DNA of 64,000 bases from Proteobacteria bacterium CAG:495 (lineage in GTDB: Bacteria; Pseudomonadota; Alphaproteobacteria; RF32; CAG-239): positions 27,676-91,675 of the forward strand of contig HF995316.1 of assembly GCA_000432275.1 (NCBI GenBank), read 5' to 3'. This document shows positions 55,869 to 64,000 of the stretch, piece by piece (position 1 is the first letter of the stretch; every line of letters begins with the position of its first letter). The notes under the pieces are model-generated. The model was not told the origin of the DNA. It ran no database searches and worked only from the letters and a program-made list of their open reading frames with translations. A program made the position numbers and the translations under genes.

Positions 55869-56689
55869 TCGCGGTACACCTCTCTGCCGCCGGAAGTGCG
55901 CATATCTTTGTTTTTGTTTGTGCTTTTGGTTCGGGAAGAATTTTTGAGCATTTTCTTTTTGACCGATTCGCTTTTTCTTCCTGATTTTTCAAGTATTTTT
56001 TCGGCAATCTGCTTATCGTCCGTAGACGACCGGCCGGCATTGACGATTTCCTCCAGCTTCCATCCTTCGATTGCTTTCAGTTTTGATTCGTCTGCGGCCG
56101 CGGCAACATTTTGAATGCGTTTAATGCCGCGGAGCAGCGTAACGGTTTCCGCTTCGGAAAGTTTACGTCCTTTGATGTTTGTTCTCTTCGACAAATCTTC
56201 TTTCAGCGCGCGGTCAAACGTCTGAATACCCATGGAAACGTCCAGGCGGCTGTTGTTTATGGTAGATTGTTTCAGGCCTTTCATTCCCAAGTCTTGCGAA
56301 ACTTTGTTTGCCATATGAATGGCGTCGAGTTTTCCCGTGTCCTGCAAAATCCGAACGTTGTTTTGTTGTTCCTGTTGTTTCAGCTGCCGGCGTTCGTCTT
56401 CGTGCAAAGCGTTAAGGAGCGTGTTGTTCTGCTCCATAAAAGAGAAGTCGATTTCGTTTTCTTCTTCGTCTTCCTCGTCATCATAAACGTCTTTGATTTT
56501 TTTACGGATTTTTTTGAGGCCTTTGGGCAGTTCTGACGGAAGGGGCGAAAAACCGTTCTGCACCGGCTTTTTGGCTGTAGCCTCGTATTGCAGAGCTTTT
56601 TTGACGTTGGTTTTCAAGGTTAAGGTTTCTTTGCTTTCAAAACCTTTCTTTTTCCATTCTAGATTTGTGTCAGAAGTTTCATCTTCCAT
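55865..56689 (-). CDS. Hypothetical highly charged protein (274 aa)
   Basis: Long ORF that is K/E/D-rich with an acidic DDEEDEEENE patch. No recognised domain. Confidence 0.45.
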   Translation of the reverse strand: MEDETSDTNLEWKKKGFESKETLTLKTNVKKALQYEATAKKPVQNGFSPLPSELPKGLKKIRKKIKDVYDDEEDEEENEIDFSFMEQNNTLLNALHEDERRQLKQQEQQNNVRILQDTGKLDAIHMANKVSQDLGMKGLKQSTINNSRLDVSMGIQTFDRALKEDLSKRTNIKGRKLSEAETVTLLRGIKRIQNVAAAADESKLKAIEGWKLEEIVNAGRSSTDDKQIAEKILEKSGRKSESVKKKMLKNSSRTKSTNKNKDMRTSGGREVYRD

Positions 56690-56766
56690 ATATTGCTCCG
56701 TTCTTTGGAAAAGCTGAGCTGCAAGTTCTTTCCCTCAGCACTTTAATGTTGGCATACAAATGATTT

Positions 56767-56782
56767 TTTGTCAATTGACAAA
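56767..56782. promoter_or_regulatory. 16-bp perfect palindrome TTTGTCAATTGACAAA
   Basis: Lies between the PAS gene stop and the 274-aa ORF start and contains TTGACA on both strands. Confidence 0.4.
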
Positions 56783-56837
56783 CCGATTCCTTTTAATCTG
56801 AACAGTGATAAGTGATTGAACTTAAATAAAAATGTTC

Positions 56838-58523
56838 TTAGGCGATTTTTTTGTAGGTAATCATCATCGAACCGTCGGACATATTGACGGCGGAAACCTC
56901 TATATCGTCAATTTCATTGCGATTAAGAATAAAAGTTTTGGTTGTCATACTCAGCAGGTGGTCCATAATGTCTTTTTTTAAGTCTTCCCAGTTTTCGTCT
57001 TTGCTGAAAAACTTTTTCTGCGAGTCGAGCAGTTCGTTTAGGTTGGGCTCGTTGTCCAGAAAATTCTTTTTGCATTCCCACAACTTCACATAGGATTGAT
57101 TATAAAATTTTAAACGGCCGTTTGAACCAAAGATTATAACCGCATCAAACAAATTTTCGAGCATTTCGGACTGTACGGCCAATAAAGCGTTATAAGCGCT
57201 GGTCGTTGCCAGCTTGTCCGAAATGTCTTCGTAGGCAAATATCAGGCCGCCCATCGGATGCGGAGCCCGCACCCGCCGAAAAGTCTTTCCGTTGGGCAGA
57301 TGCAGCATATCTTCTTTGGGTTCGATGATTTTTGAAAATTCCTTTTGTTCTTCGTTTTTGAATAACATATAGTCGGGAACTTCCGGCAGCAGGCGTTTTT
57401 CTCTGATAACGTCCAAAAACATGGAGTAATTGGGCTGTTGTTCCAGCCAGAGGTTGTCCAGTTCCCACAGACGAGCAAAAGACTGGTTGTAAAAGGCCAG
57501 TTTGAACTGTTGGTTAAATACGGCAAATGCTGTTCCCAGCGTTCCCAAAATTTCAAGCTGCGCATTCTGATGCAGTTTCAAGTTGCGCTTGAGCTCGTCC
57601 AGTTCGCTGATGTCGATTAAAGCGCCGGCGGTGCATATCTTATCCAGGCTGTCTTCAACGTGAAACGGACTTTCTATCGCTTCCATCACAAAGCGTTCGC
57701 CGTTTTTCACGACATTGACGGTGTTTTTCTTGACCCGGTTGGTCGTATGTGCCAGCAGCGCCAGATTTTGCGAAACGTTTTCTCCGTTGACGCCGCTGAT
57801 TTCTATTCCCTCGTTTATAACCGTTTCCCTGTTTTTGCTTTCGGTAAATTCAAGGTATTTTTTGTTGCAGCTGACCAGCTTCAGTTTGTCGTCTCTCAGC
57901 CAAATGGGAAAGGGGATGTTGTCAATCAAATCCTCAAGCTGAACCAGTCTTGCCGAGGTTTTTTCTTTTTCTTCTTCCAGCCGCGCGATTTTGTTTGTTT
58001 CATAACTGACGTCGCGAAACCAGATCATGTCGCAGTAAACGTTGCCGTCAAGGCCGTTAATGCGGGAACCGGCCAGCCGCAGGAACTTGTTGCCGCTTTT
58101 GAGGATGAATTCGTCGTCGAAAGAAACGCCTTCGTCCCGCAGCAGACTGACATATTTTTGAATCTTTTTGATATCGTCTTTATAAAAGTTTTTTAAAATG
58201 TCCTCAAAACTGCTTTTGGTGCCTTCGGGCAGGTTCATCATAACCGCCAATCGACGCGAACAATGTTCCAGAATGCTTTTTCTCGGGTCGTTGACTTTTT
58301 CGTCCGGATAAATAAACGCAAAATAACCGTCCCGCGAGGCATACAGCGTCTCTGCGTAACGTTCGCGGTCTCGGTTGAGAAAATAGTTTTTTTGCCGCAG
58401 CCGGAGGATTTTGACCGCTTCCCACACAATGACCGTAACCAGGGCCAAAACCGCGCCTGCCAACAAATACCAGAGTTCCGGAGCGGCATAATACATATCG
58501 GTTAAAAGCTGTACATCAATCAT
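56838..58523 (-). CDS. Membrane-anchored multi-PAS protein without a recognisable output domain
   Basis: N-terminal TM helix, then repeated PAS-like modules (e.g. IDNIPFPIWLRDDKLKLVSCNKKYLEF and LFDAVIIFGSNGRLKFYNQSYVKLW). No H-box, HATPase, GGDEF/EAL or HTH. Confidence 0.7.
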   Translation of the reverse strand: MIDVQLLTDMYYAAPELWYLLAGAVLALVTVIVWEAVKILRLRQKNYFLNRDRERYAETLYASRDGYFAFIYPDEKVNDPRKSILEHCSRRLAVMMNLPEGTKSSFEDILKNFYKDDIKKIQKYVSLLRDEGVSFDDEFILKSGNKFLRLAGSRINGLDGNVYCDMIWFRDVSYETNKIARLEEEKEKTSARLVQLEDLIDNIPFPIWLRDDKLKLVSCNKKYLEFTESKNRETVINEGIEISGVNGENVSQNLALLAHTTNRVKKNTVNVVKNGERFVMEAIESPFHVEDSLDKICTAGALIDISELDELKRNLKLHQNAQLEILGTLGTAFAVFNQQFKLAFYNQSFARLWELDNLWLEQQPNYSMFLDVIREKRLLPEVPDYMLFKNEEQKEFSKIIEPKEDMLHLPNGKTFRRVRAPHPMGGLIFAYEDISDKLATTSAYNALLAVQSEMLENLFDAVIIFGSNGRLKFYNQSYVKLWECKKNFLDNEPNLNELLDSQKKFFSKDENWEDLKKDIMDHLLSMTTKTFILNRNEIDDIEVSAVNMSDGSMMITYKKIA

Positions 58524-58630
58524 CAGAATTTGCGGTTTGCTAAAATTTTTACAAAAACAATTGTCTCTTTTCGGATTCTATTATATAAAATGCATTAATT
58601 AAACTAGAATTTTAGATAAGTGGAAAAAAG

Positions 58631-59293
58631 ATGTACAGCTTGGCTTATGACACAACGGCGGCTCAATGCGCGGTTGTTCTGAAAAAAGATAACGATACTC
58701 TCGGCAGCTTTGTCCAATATATGGATTTCGGTCAGGCCGAGGTTTTAATTCCTCAGATTGAAAAGTTGCTGCAAGAAGGCAAACTTTCTTTTTCCGATTT
58801 GGATTTGGTCGTCGTATGCGTCGGTCCCGGTTCTTTTACCGGCGTTCGGGCCGGAATCGCCGCCGCCCGGGCTTTTTCCATTGCCGCACCTAATCTCTGC
58901 GTTGCCGGCATATCGGCATTTGAGGCCTATGCCCGGACTTTGGAAGAGGAAGAGCGGGCAGAACTTAACTGCGTGGTTATCGAAACCAAACGGGATGACT
59001 TTTATTATCAGATTTTTGATGCCCGGTTGAATAAAATCACGCCACCTCAGGCCGGAAACTATGAAGACATTTTGCCTCAGCTGCGTCACCGGAAGGTGTC
59101 TCTTGTCGGCGACGGGGTGGAGCGCTTTCTCAGCCGCCCCAGCGGATTAAGTCTTCATGTCATAAAGATGTTGGAAGCCTTGCCCGTCGAACAGCTGGCA
59201 GCCTGCGGAATAAAGCATTTTTACGATAAAGACGCCGATTTTCCCAAGCCGTTGTATTTGCGGGCGCCGGATGTTTCGGCTCCTAAGGCTTAG
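58631..59293 (+). CDS. tsaB: tRNA t6A biosynthesis protein TsaB
   Basis: LAYDTTAAQCAVVL and VVCVGPGSFTGVRAGIAAARA motifs of TsaB/YeaZ. Confidence 0.85.
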   Translation: MYSLAYDTTAAQCAVVLKKDNDTLGSFVQYMDFGQAEVLIPQIEKLLQEGKLSFSDLDLVVVCVGPGSFTGVRAGIAAARAFSIAAPNLCVAGISAFEAYARTLEEEERAELNCVVIETKRDDFYYQIFDARLNKITPPQAGNYEDILPQLRHRKVSLVGDGVERFLSRPSGLSLHVIKMLEALPVEQLAACGIKHFYDKDADFPKPLYLRAPDVSAPKA

Positions 59294-60711
59294 GCAAAGC
59301 TAAAGGCTCGGCTGCTTGTTTTTTGCGACAGGATTTTCTGGATAGTCGCCTGCAGTTCTTCTTTTTGATGGGCTTCGATAATTTCGATGATTTCAACCTC
59401 CTGCTTGTCCAGGCGGCGGTTGATGCCGAGAGAGTCATAATATTGTTTGCTGCTGTTGTACAGTTTTGCCGCTTGCAGGCTGTTGCCCTGAGCATATAAA
59501 TGTTGAGACATCATCTTGTTGGCGTTGGCAACCTGGCGGGCATAAATTTCTTCGTCGGCCAAGGTCAGAACATTCTGATAAGCCCAAACGGCTTTGTTGT
59601 TTGAATCCGCCTTGGCATACATATCGCCCAGACGGCACCAGGCGTTGACATTGTTGGGATTAAGTTCTATCGCCAGTTCAAATGCTCCGGTGGCCAGATG
59701 TATGTCGTTAATGGCTGCCAGACTGCCGAAAACGCAGGATTGAGCCGAAATTTCTTTAAATATTTCGTCTTTTTTAACGTCAATGCCGGCCATAGAGCTG
59801 CGGTCTATGTTAAAGTCCATCAAGGCTTCCAGCATAGCCAGAGCCAGCGTGGGGTCGCCCTGCGCCAAATGAAACAAGGCGTCTTCTTCCCGCGGCAGTT
59901 GGCTGGCATTGGGCAGACGGTCAAAGTTTTGGTTGATGCATAGGGCTATAAAGTCTTTTATTGAATCGATGATTTGCAAAATGTCGTCTTCGGAGTTTTT
60001 GCCTTGATTGCGAAACATTACTGTTTGCGCAATTTTCAGATCGTCGACGCCGCGGCCGATCATGTCAATGATAAGCCCCAGCAGTTCCGAAAGGTCTTTG
60101 GTACTTTGGTGATAGGATAAAAATTCGTTGCTGAGAGTCGGGGCATTTTGTTCCAAATCACGCAGTTTGCCTTTTTTCCAGTCCAAATCGACGACTATGC
60201 CCTTGGGCTCGCTTTCTTTTTCTTCCGCTTGTTCTTTTTCCTTGGTTTCTTTTTCACGTTCTCTGGTGTTGGCTTTTTCTTCTCGGCGAACGGCATCTTT
60301 ACGTTGTTTTTCCTGCATTTCGCGTTGTTCGAACATTTCTTTTTCGGCCCGGGCCAGTTCCAGTTCTTTTTGCAGCTCTTTCTCCAACTCGCGTTCGCGG
60401 TCTTCTTCGCTCATAATCCGGTTGAGACGCTCGGCATCCTCTTCGTTAAAAATATCATCAACAGCCCCGTCGTCTTTTTCAGTATTTTTGTTGTCGCTTT
60501 TCAAAAAGGAAACGATGGACTTGACGTAGATGATAATGACGAGAAACAGAAAAAGGATAAATGCCAGCAGCATCAAGATAATAGAGGCTATGCGCAAATT
60601 GTTCGCCCCGGATAAATAGCCGTCGATAATTGTCGCCAAATCATCAATATTGTTCGATACGGTAGCCAAAATTTCACTGCTTGAGAATATGGATATGATT
60701 TGTTCGTACAT
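59290..60711 (-). CDS. Hypothetical membrane protein with an E/K-rich coiled coil and a C-terminal TPR-like region
   Basis: One TM helix (ASIILMLLAFILFLFLVIIIYV), an EKE-rich segment and TPR-like helices (AIELNPNNVNAWCRLGDMYAK). Confidence 0.55.
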   Translation of the reverse strand: MYEQIISIFSSSEILATVSNNIDDLATIIDGYLSGANNLRIASIILMLLAFILFLFLVIIIYVKSIVSFLKSDNKNTEKDDGAVDDIFNEEDAERLNRIMSEEDRERELEKELQKELELARAEKEMFEQREMQEKQRKDAVRREEKANTREREKETKEKEQAEEKESEPKGIVVDLDWKKGKLRDLEQNAPTLSNEFLSYHQSTKDLSELLGLIIDMIGRGVDDLKIAQTVMFRNQGKNSEDDILQIIDSIKDFIALCINQNFDRLPNASQLPREEDALFHLAQGDPTLALAMLEALMDFNIDRSSMAGIDVKKDEIFKEISAQSCVFGSLAAINDIHLATGAFELAIELNPNNVNAWCRLGDMYAKADSNNKAVWAYQNVLTLADEEIYARQVANANKMMSQHLYAQGNSLQAAKLYNSSKQYYDSLGINRRLDKQEVEIIEIIEAHQKEELQATIQKILSQKTSSRAFSFA

Positions 60712-60769
60712 ATTTTATTTTCAGACCATTTACAAATTACATTTTACACATTAGAATACCACTCAATGC

Positions 60770-61615
60770 ATGGAGAGGATAAATCTCCCCGCGGAAAACA
60801 ATAATGAGTTTAATCACAATAGTTTAAAAATGGGTTACTTCAGTCAAAGAAAAAAACACGAGCGGGAAAATATCTTTCTGAAAGTTATGTTCATAACGCT
60901 CGGATTAATTACCTTTCTGCTGCTTTTGCCGCTGTCTCACCAACCGCTGTTTGAAGAAGTTAAACGATACCTTTTCCAGTTTTACCTCCTCAATCTGGCG
61001 GTTTTTTTGTATTCGCTGTATCTTTCCCGTTTTGCTTACAGTGCTTTGTTTGCGCTGTTCTTGCTGATAAACTTTACCCAAATAGCTTCAACCGGCAATC
61101 TTTTTACCGATACCGCGGTCCGCGACGACCATCATATTACCTTGTCGCACAGCGCTGAAAAGCCGTTGGATGTCAATGCCTACGGAATGGCAATTCTGCG
61201 TTCCGGACACCTTAACCTGACGCCGGAAGTGCAGTCTCAGTTTGTAACTTTTGAAAAAAATTATCACGTTTTTACCGTTGTCGGCGTTGATTTTGACGGT
61301 TTGGCCAGCGACGTTCGCATCCAAGCTTTCAGACAGCTGCAAAAATTTGTCTTGATGCAGGATGATCCGGTCATTGTCGTCGGTGATTTTGGCGAGCCCT
61401 CGTGGTCTCCTGAAATGAAGGATTTTCTAAGCGCCACTCAGCTTAAGGTAAAAAACCGGATGATACTGAAAAGCCGCCGCCACCGGTTTAATCCGTTCGC
61501 TGTACCGCAATTTTACGTTCTGGCCTTTGACAACGTCGGTATCGTTTCTTTAGACGTTGAGCGCAAGCCTGAACTGAAGTCGCCGGAAGTTAACGTTACT
61601 CTCGGATTTTACTGA
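60770..61615 (+). CDS. Membrane protein with a C-terminal endonuclease/exonuclease/phosphatase (EEP)-like remnant
   Basis: Three or four TM helices. The VIVVGDFGEPSWSPEM segment resembles the GDFNxxxWS motif of membrane EEP-family proteins. N-terminal catalytic motifs are not evident. Confidence 0.5.
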   Translation: MERINLPAENNNEFNHNSLKMGYFSQRKKHERENIFLKVMFITLGLITFLLLLPLSHQPLFEEVKRYLFQFYLLNLAVFLYSLYLSRFAYSALFALFLLINFTQIASTGNLFTDTAVRDDHHITLSHSAEKPLDVNAYGMAILRSGHLNLTPEVQSQFVTFEKNYHVFTVVGVDFDGLASDVRIQAFRQLQKFVLMQDDPVIVVGDFGEPSWSPEMKDFLSATQLKVKNRMILKSRRHRFNPFAVPQFYVLAFDNVGIVSLDVERKPELKSPEVNVTLGFY

Positions 61616-63086
61616 GTTGCTTTTTCAATTGGCTGTATAACTCTCCTTCTCCGAAAGCTTTGGCGTATTCCAATGCAGTCTCCACGGTTTTGACCGCTTG
61701 CTCGGTTTGTCCTCGTTTATACTCGAGCAAGGCGATATTGGCATAGTCGATGGCAATGCCGCCGGCACGGTTGCTGCGCAGTTCACAGTCCAGCGATTGT
61801 TGAAAAAAGCCTTTGGCCCGTCTCAAATCGCCTTTTTTCATAAAGATGAGCCCCAGCAGATTATAGGCGTTGCCGACAAAGAAACAGCTGTGTTGTTCTT
61901 TGTCCGCGTTGATGATTTTGCGTAAAACCGTTTCCGCTTCATTGTCGTCGTTGTTTTCAAAACAAGCCTGCGCTTCCAAATAAAGGGCTTCAAGCCGGGC
62001 GGGGTTGTTATGCGTCGCGGCATACAGCTCCTGAGCCTGCCGGGCATGCCTGATAACCTGCTTCCATTTCTTTTCCCTGCTGTAAGCGCTGCCGATAAGC
62101 TCCAGGCTAAACCCTTGCCCGGCGGTGTTACGTTCTTCCTCATGAATGAGTAAAGCCTGTTTAGCCAGCTTTCGGGCAGCGCCGTAATCTTGCCTGATTA
62201 ATGCCGCCAGAGCCTCCTGATTGATTATTTCGCCGCAGCCCTGACGTTGTCCGGTCTTTTTGTAAAGCTCCTTGGCTTTGTTAAAATAATCGTCGGCTTC
62301 GTCATAACGTTTTTGCATTACCATCAGCATGCCCAGCGTTCCCAGAACTTCGCCTTCCTCCTTGGTCGCCCCCAAATGGCGGTATATTTTTTGTGCCGTT
62401 TGCAGCACAAATTGCGACACGTCCTGAATTGTGCTGATTCTGTAAACGGTTCCCATAACGAAATGTGCGGCAGCTTCTTCGTAAAAGGCCTGTTCCCGAT
62501 TAAAAAGCTTGGCAGCCTTGGAGCTGTTTTCCGCGGCTGACTGCAAGTCTCCGTCGCGCATGTCAAAATGAGTTTGCAGATAAAAACGCATGGCTTTGAC
62601 ATAAGCCGAGGCCTTTGAGATGTCCATATTGTCCAAAATCGGAAGGACGGCCTCGTTTTGCCCCAGAGTAAAATGGAGGTAAGCGGTCAAAATCAGTGCG
62701 ATATTGTCCTGAGGATGTGCTTTTGCAATTTTTTCCAGCTCCTCCAATGCCTTTTGCGGATGATAAAAGGCTTTCAGCCCAGCAGCAAGAGTCGGCTGTC
62801 GTTTTTTTCTGAAATACCGCTCTGCCGTAAGGAGGTTCCCTTTGATTAAGGCCTCTCTTGTTTTTGCCTCTTCTTTCTTTCGGGATTTCAATAACGGGAA
62901 CAGCGCCTGAGCCAGGACATAAGTGGAAAAAAAGCTTCTGCCCGGCAGCTGCTGTTGTTTTTTCAATACGGCCTTGATTGCGGTTTTGAGATAATAGTCG
63001 CGGCGCATCCGCCGGTTGAAGCGCACGAACAGCACGATTGAGCCGGCAAAAAACAATCCCCATAAGATAAGCTGAAAATATTTCAT
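61596..63086 (-). CDS. TPR-repeat protein with an N-terminal TM helix (496 aa)
   Basis: N-terminal hydrophobic helix followed by about 10 TPR-like helix pairs (e.g. YYEEAAAHFVMGTVY, GEVLGTLGMLM, YDEADDYFNKAKELY). Confidence 0.6.
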   Translation of the reverse strand: MKYFQLILWGLFFAGSIVLFVRFNRRMRRDYYLKTAIKAVLKKQQQLPGRSFFSTYVLAQALFPLLKSRKKEEAKTREALIKGNLLTAERYFRKKRQPTLAAGLKAFYHPQKALEELEKIAKAHPQDNIALILTAYLHFTLGQNEAVLPILDNMDISKASAYVKAMRFYLQTHFDMRDGDLQSAAENSSKAAKLFNREQAFYEEAAAHFVMGTVYRISTIQDVSQFVLQTAQKIYRHLGATKEEGEVLGTLGMLMVMQKRYDEADDYFNKAKELYKKTGQRQGCGEIINQEALAALIRQDYGAARKLAKQALLIHEEERNTAGQGFSLELIGSAYSREKKWKQVIRHARQAQELYAATHNNPARLEALYLEAQACFENNDDNEAETVLRKIINADKEQHSCFFVGNAYNLLGLIFMKKGDLRRAKGFFQQSLDCELRSNRAGGIAIDYANIALLEYKRGQTEQAVKTVETALEYAKAFGEGELYSQLKKQLSKIRE

Positions 63087-63186
63087 GTTTTTGATATTTC
63101 TTTACGCTATGTTTAGTTTTTTTGATTATATATGGTACTTAGTTAAGATATTCTATCTCGAATTTAATATATAGGGAATTTTTATT

Positions 63187-64000
63187 ATGAGCATTACCAA
63201 GTTAAAATCCAACCAGCTTTATACCAAATGCGATCCTAAAAAGTTTAAGTTCTCCAGCACCGCCGAACTGGAAGAACGTCTTTCCGCATTGGGGCAGGAT
63301 CGGGCTTTAAGTGCGGTGGAAATTGGTATCAACATCCAGTCAAAAGGATATAATCTTTTTTGCCTCGGGCCGGAAGGCACCGGAAAAACCAGCCTGGTCA
63401 AACGTGTTTTGGTGGAAGAAGCCAAAAAAAGGCCGACCCCCGATGATTGGGCCTATGTTTATAATTTCGACGAACCCTATAAACCGCAGGCAGTTAATTT
63501 CCCTGCCGGCACCGCGGCCGAATTTGCCAAAGACATTGACAAACTGATTGAAACTCTGTCGGTTTCGATTCCCGCCATTCTGGAAAGTGACGAATATAAG
63601 GCCGGCCAAAGTATCATTCATGAAAAATTCAAACAGCATAAGGAAGAATATATCAAAATTCTTCAGAAAAAGGCCAAAGGCAAAAGTGTTTCCTTGCTGC
63701 ATATGCCGGTCGGTTTGGTCGTTGCTCCCGTTAAAAACGGAGAAGTGCTGAGCCCGGAAGCCTTTGACGAGCTTCCCGAAAGCGAGAAAAAACAGCTGCT
63801 GGAAGACCTCAACCAAATGCAGGAGGAAATTGAAAACACCGCTCAGGATTTGCCTCAATGGGAAGATAAACAGCGCAAGGAAACCAATGATTTGCGCGAG
63901 AAGTTTTTGAAAATCGCGGTCAAAAACCCCATTGACGAACTTCATGCCAAATATAAAGGGCACAAACAGGCCAACGACTTTTTGAAAAAGATTCAAAAAC
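63187..64000 (+). CDS. Lon-related AAA+ protein (AAA_32/LonB-like, COG1067-type), N-terminal part (3' end outside the window)
   Basis: Frame translated by hand from ATG 63187 and open to the window end; not in the track because there is no stop. ...TAELEERLSALGQDRALSAVEIGINIQSKGYNLFCLGPEGTGKTSL contains the Walker A. Confidence 0.75.
   Translation, partial: MSITKLKSNQLYTKCDPKKFKFSSTAELEERLSALGQDRALSAVEIGINIQSKGYNLFCLGPEGTGKTSLVKRVLVEEAKKRPTPDDWAYVYNFDEPYKPQAVNFPAGTAAEFAKDIDKLIETLSVSIPAILESDEYKAGQSIIHEKFKQHKEEYIKILQKKAKGKSVSLLHMPVGLVVAPVKNGEVLSPEAFDELPESEKKQLLEDLNQMQEEIENTAQDLPQWEDKQRKETNDLREKFLKIAVKNPIDELHAKYKGHKQANDFLKKIQK

Overview
The window reads as gene-dense core chromosome from an alphaproteobacterium. 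That placement is an inference from four things: a short-form HprK plus EIIA-Man plus HPr/NPr set, an IalB-family gene beside rlmN, the ffs-dnaX-ybaB-recR and gpmI-envC-ctpA-yibQ-rppH syntenies, and GANTC clustering at dnaA. I can support about 60 protein genes. They include parB (3' part), tsaE, hprK, mlaEF, radA, recR, ybaB, dnaX, rsmI, rlmN, parE, rpsB-tsf, polA, gyrB, nadE, xthA, lolA, recF-dnaN-dnaA, rpsT, mutM and tsaB. I also support one SRP RNA, two tandem tRNA-Ala genes, several clean intrinsic terminators and a few sigma70-like promoters. I saw no transposase, integrase, prophage, CRISPR array, rRNA or recognisable defence system. The non-routine signals are mostly small or non-coding. 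(1) An AT-rich non-coding islet between polA and gyrB carries six GANTC (CcrM-type) sites in 126 bp, and a second GANTC cluster sits in the dnaA promoter region. (2) An A10 slippery run in dnaX has immediate stops in both shifted frames at the tau/gamma boundary. (3) Two unannotated serine-rich micro-ORFs each have an SD, their own terminator and a conserved 27-mer at the same 83-nt offset; they follow an orphan beta-class DNA methyltransferase attached to the manX-HPr operon. (4) Several lineage-specific hypothetical genes stand out: a two-gene islet after tsf, an unknown gene heading the manX operon, a PAS-only protein, a tail-anchored protein, and a TPR/EEP/TPR/Lon-like cluster. All family calls come from motif recognition by eye. 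No database search was run.
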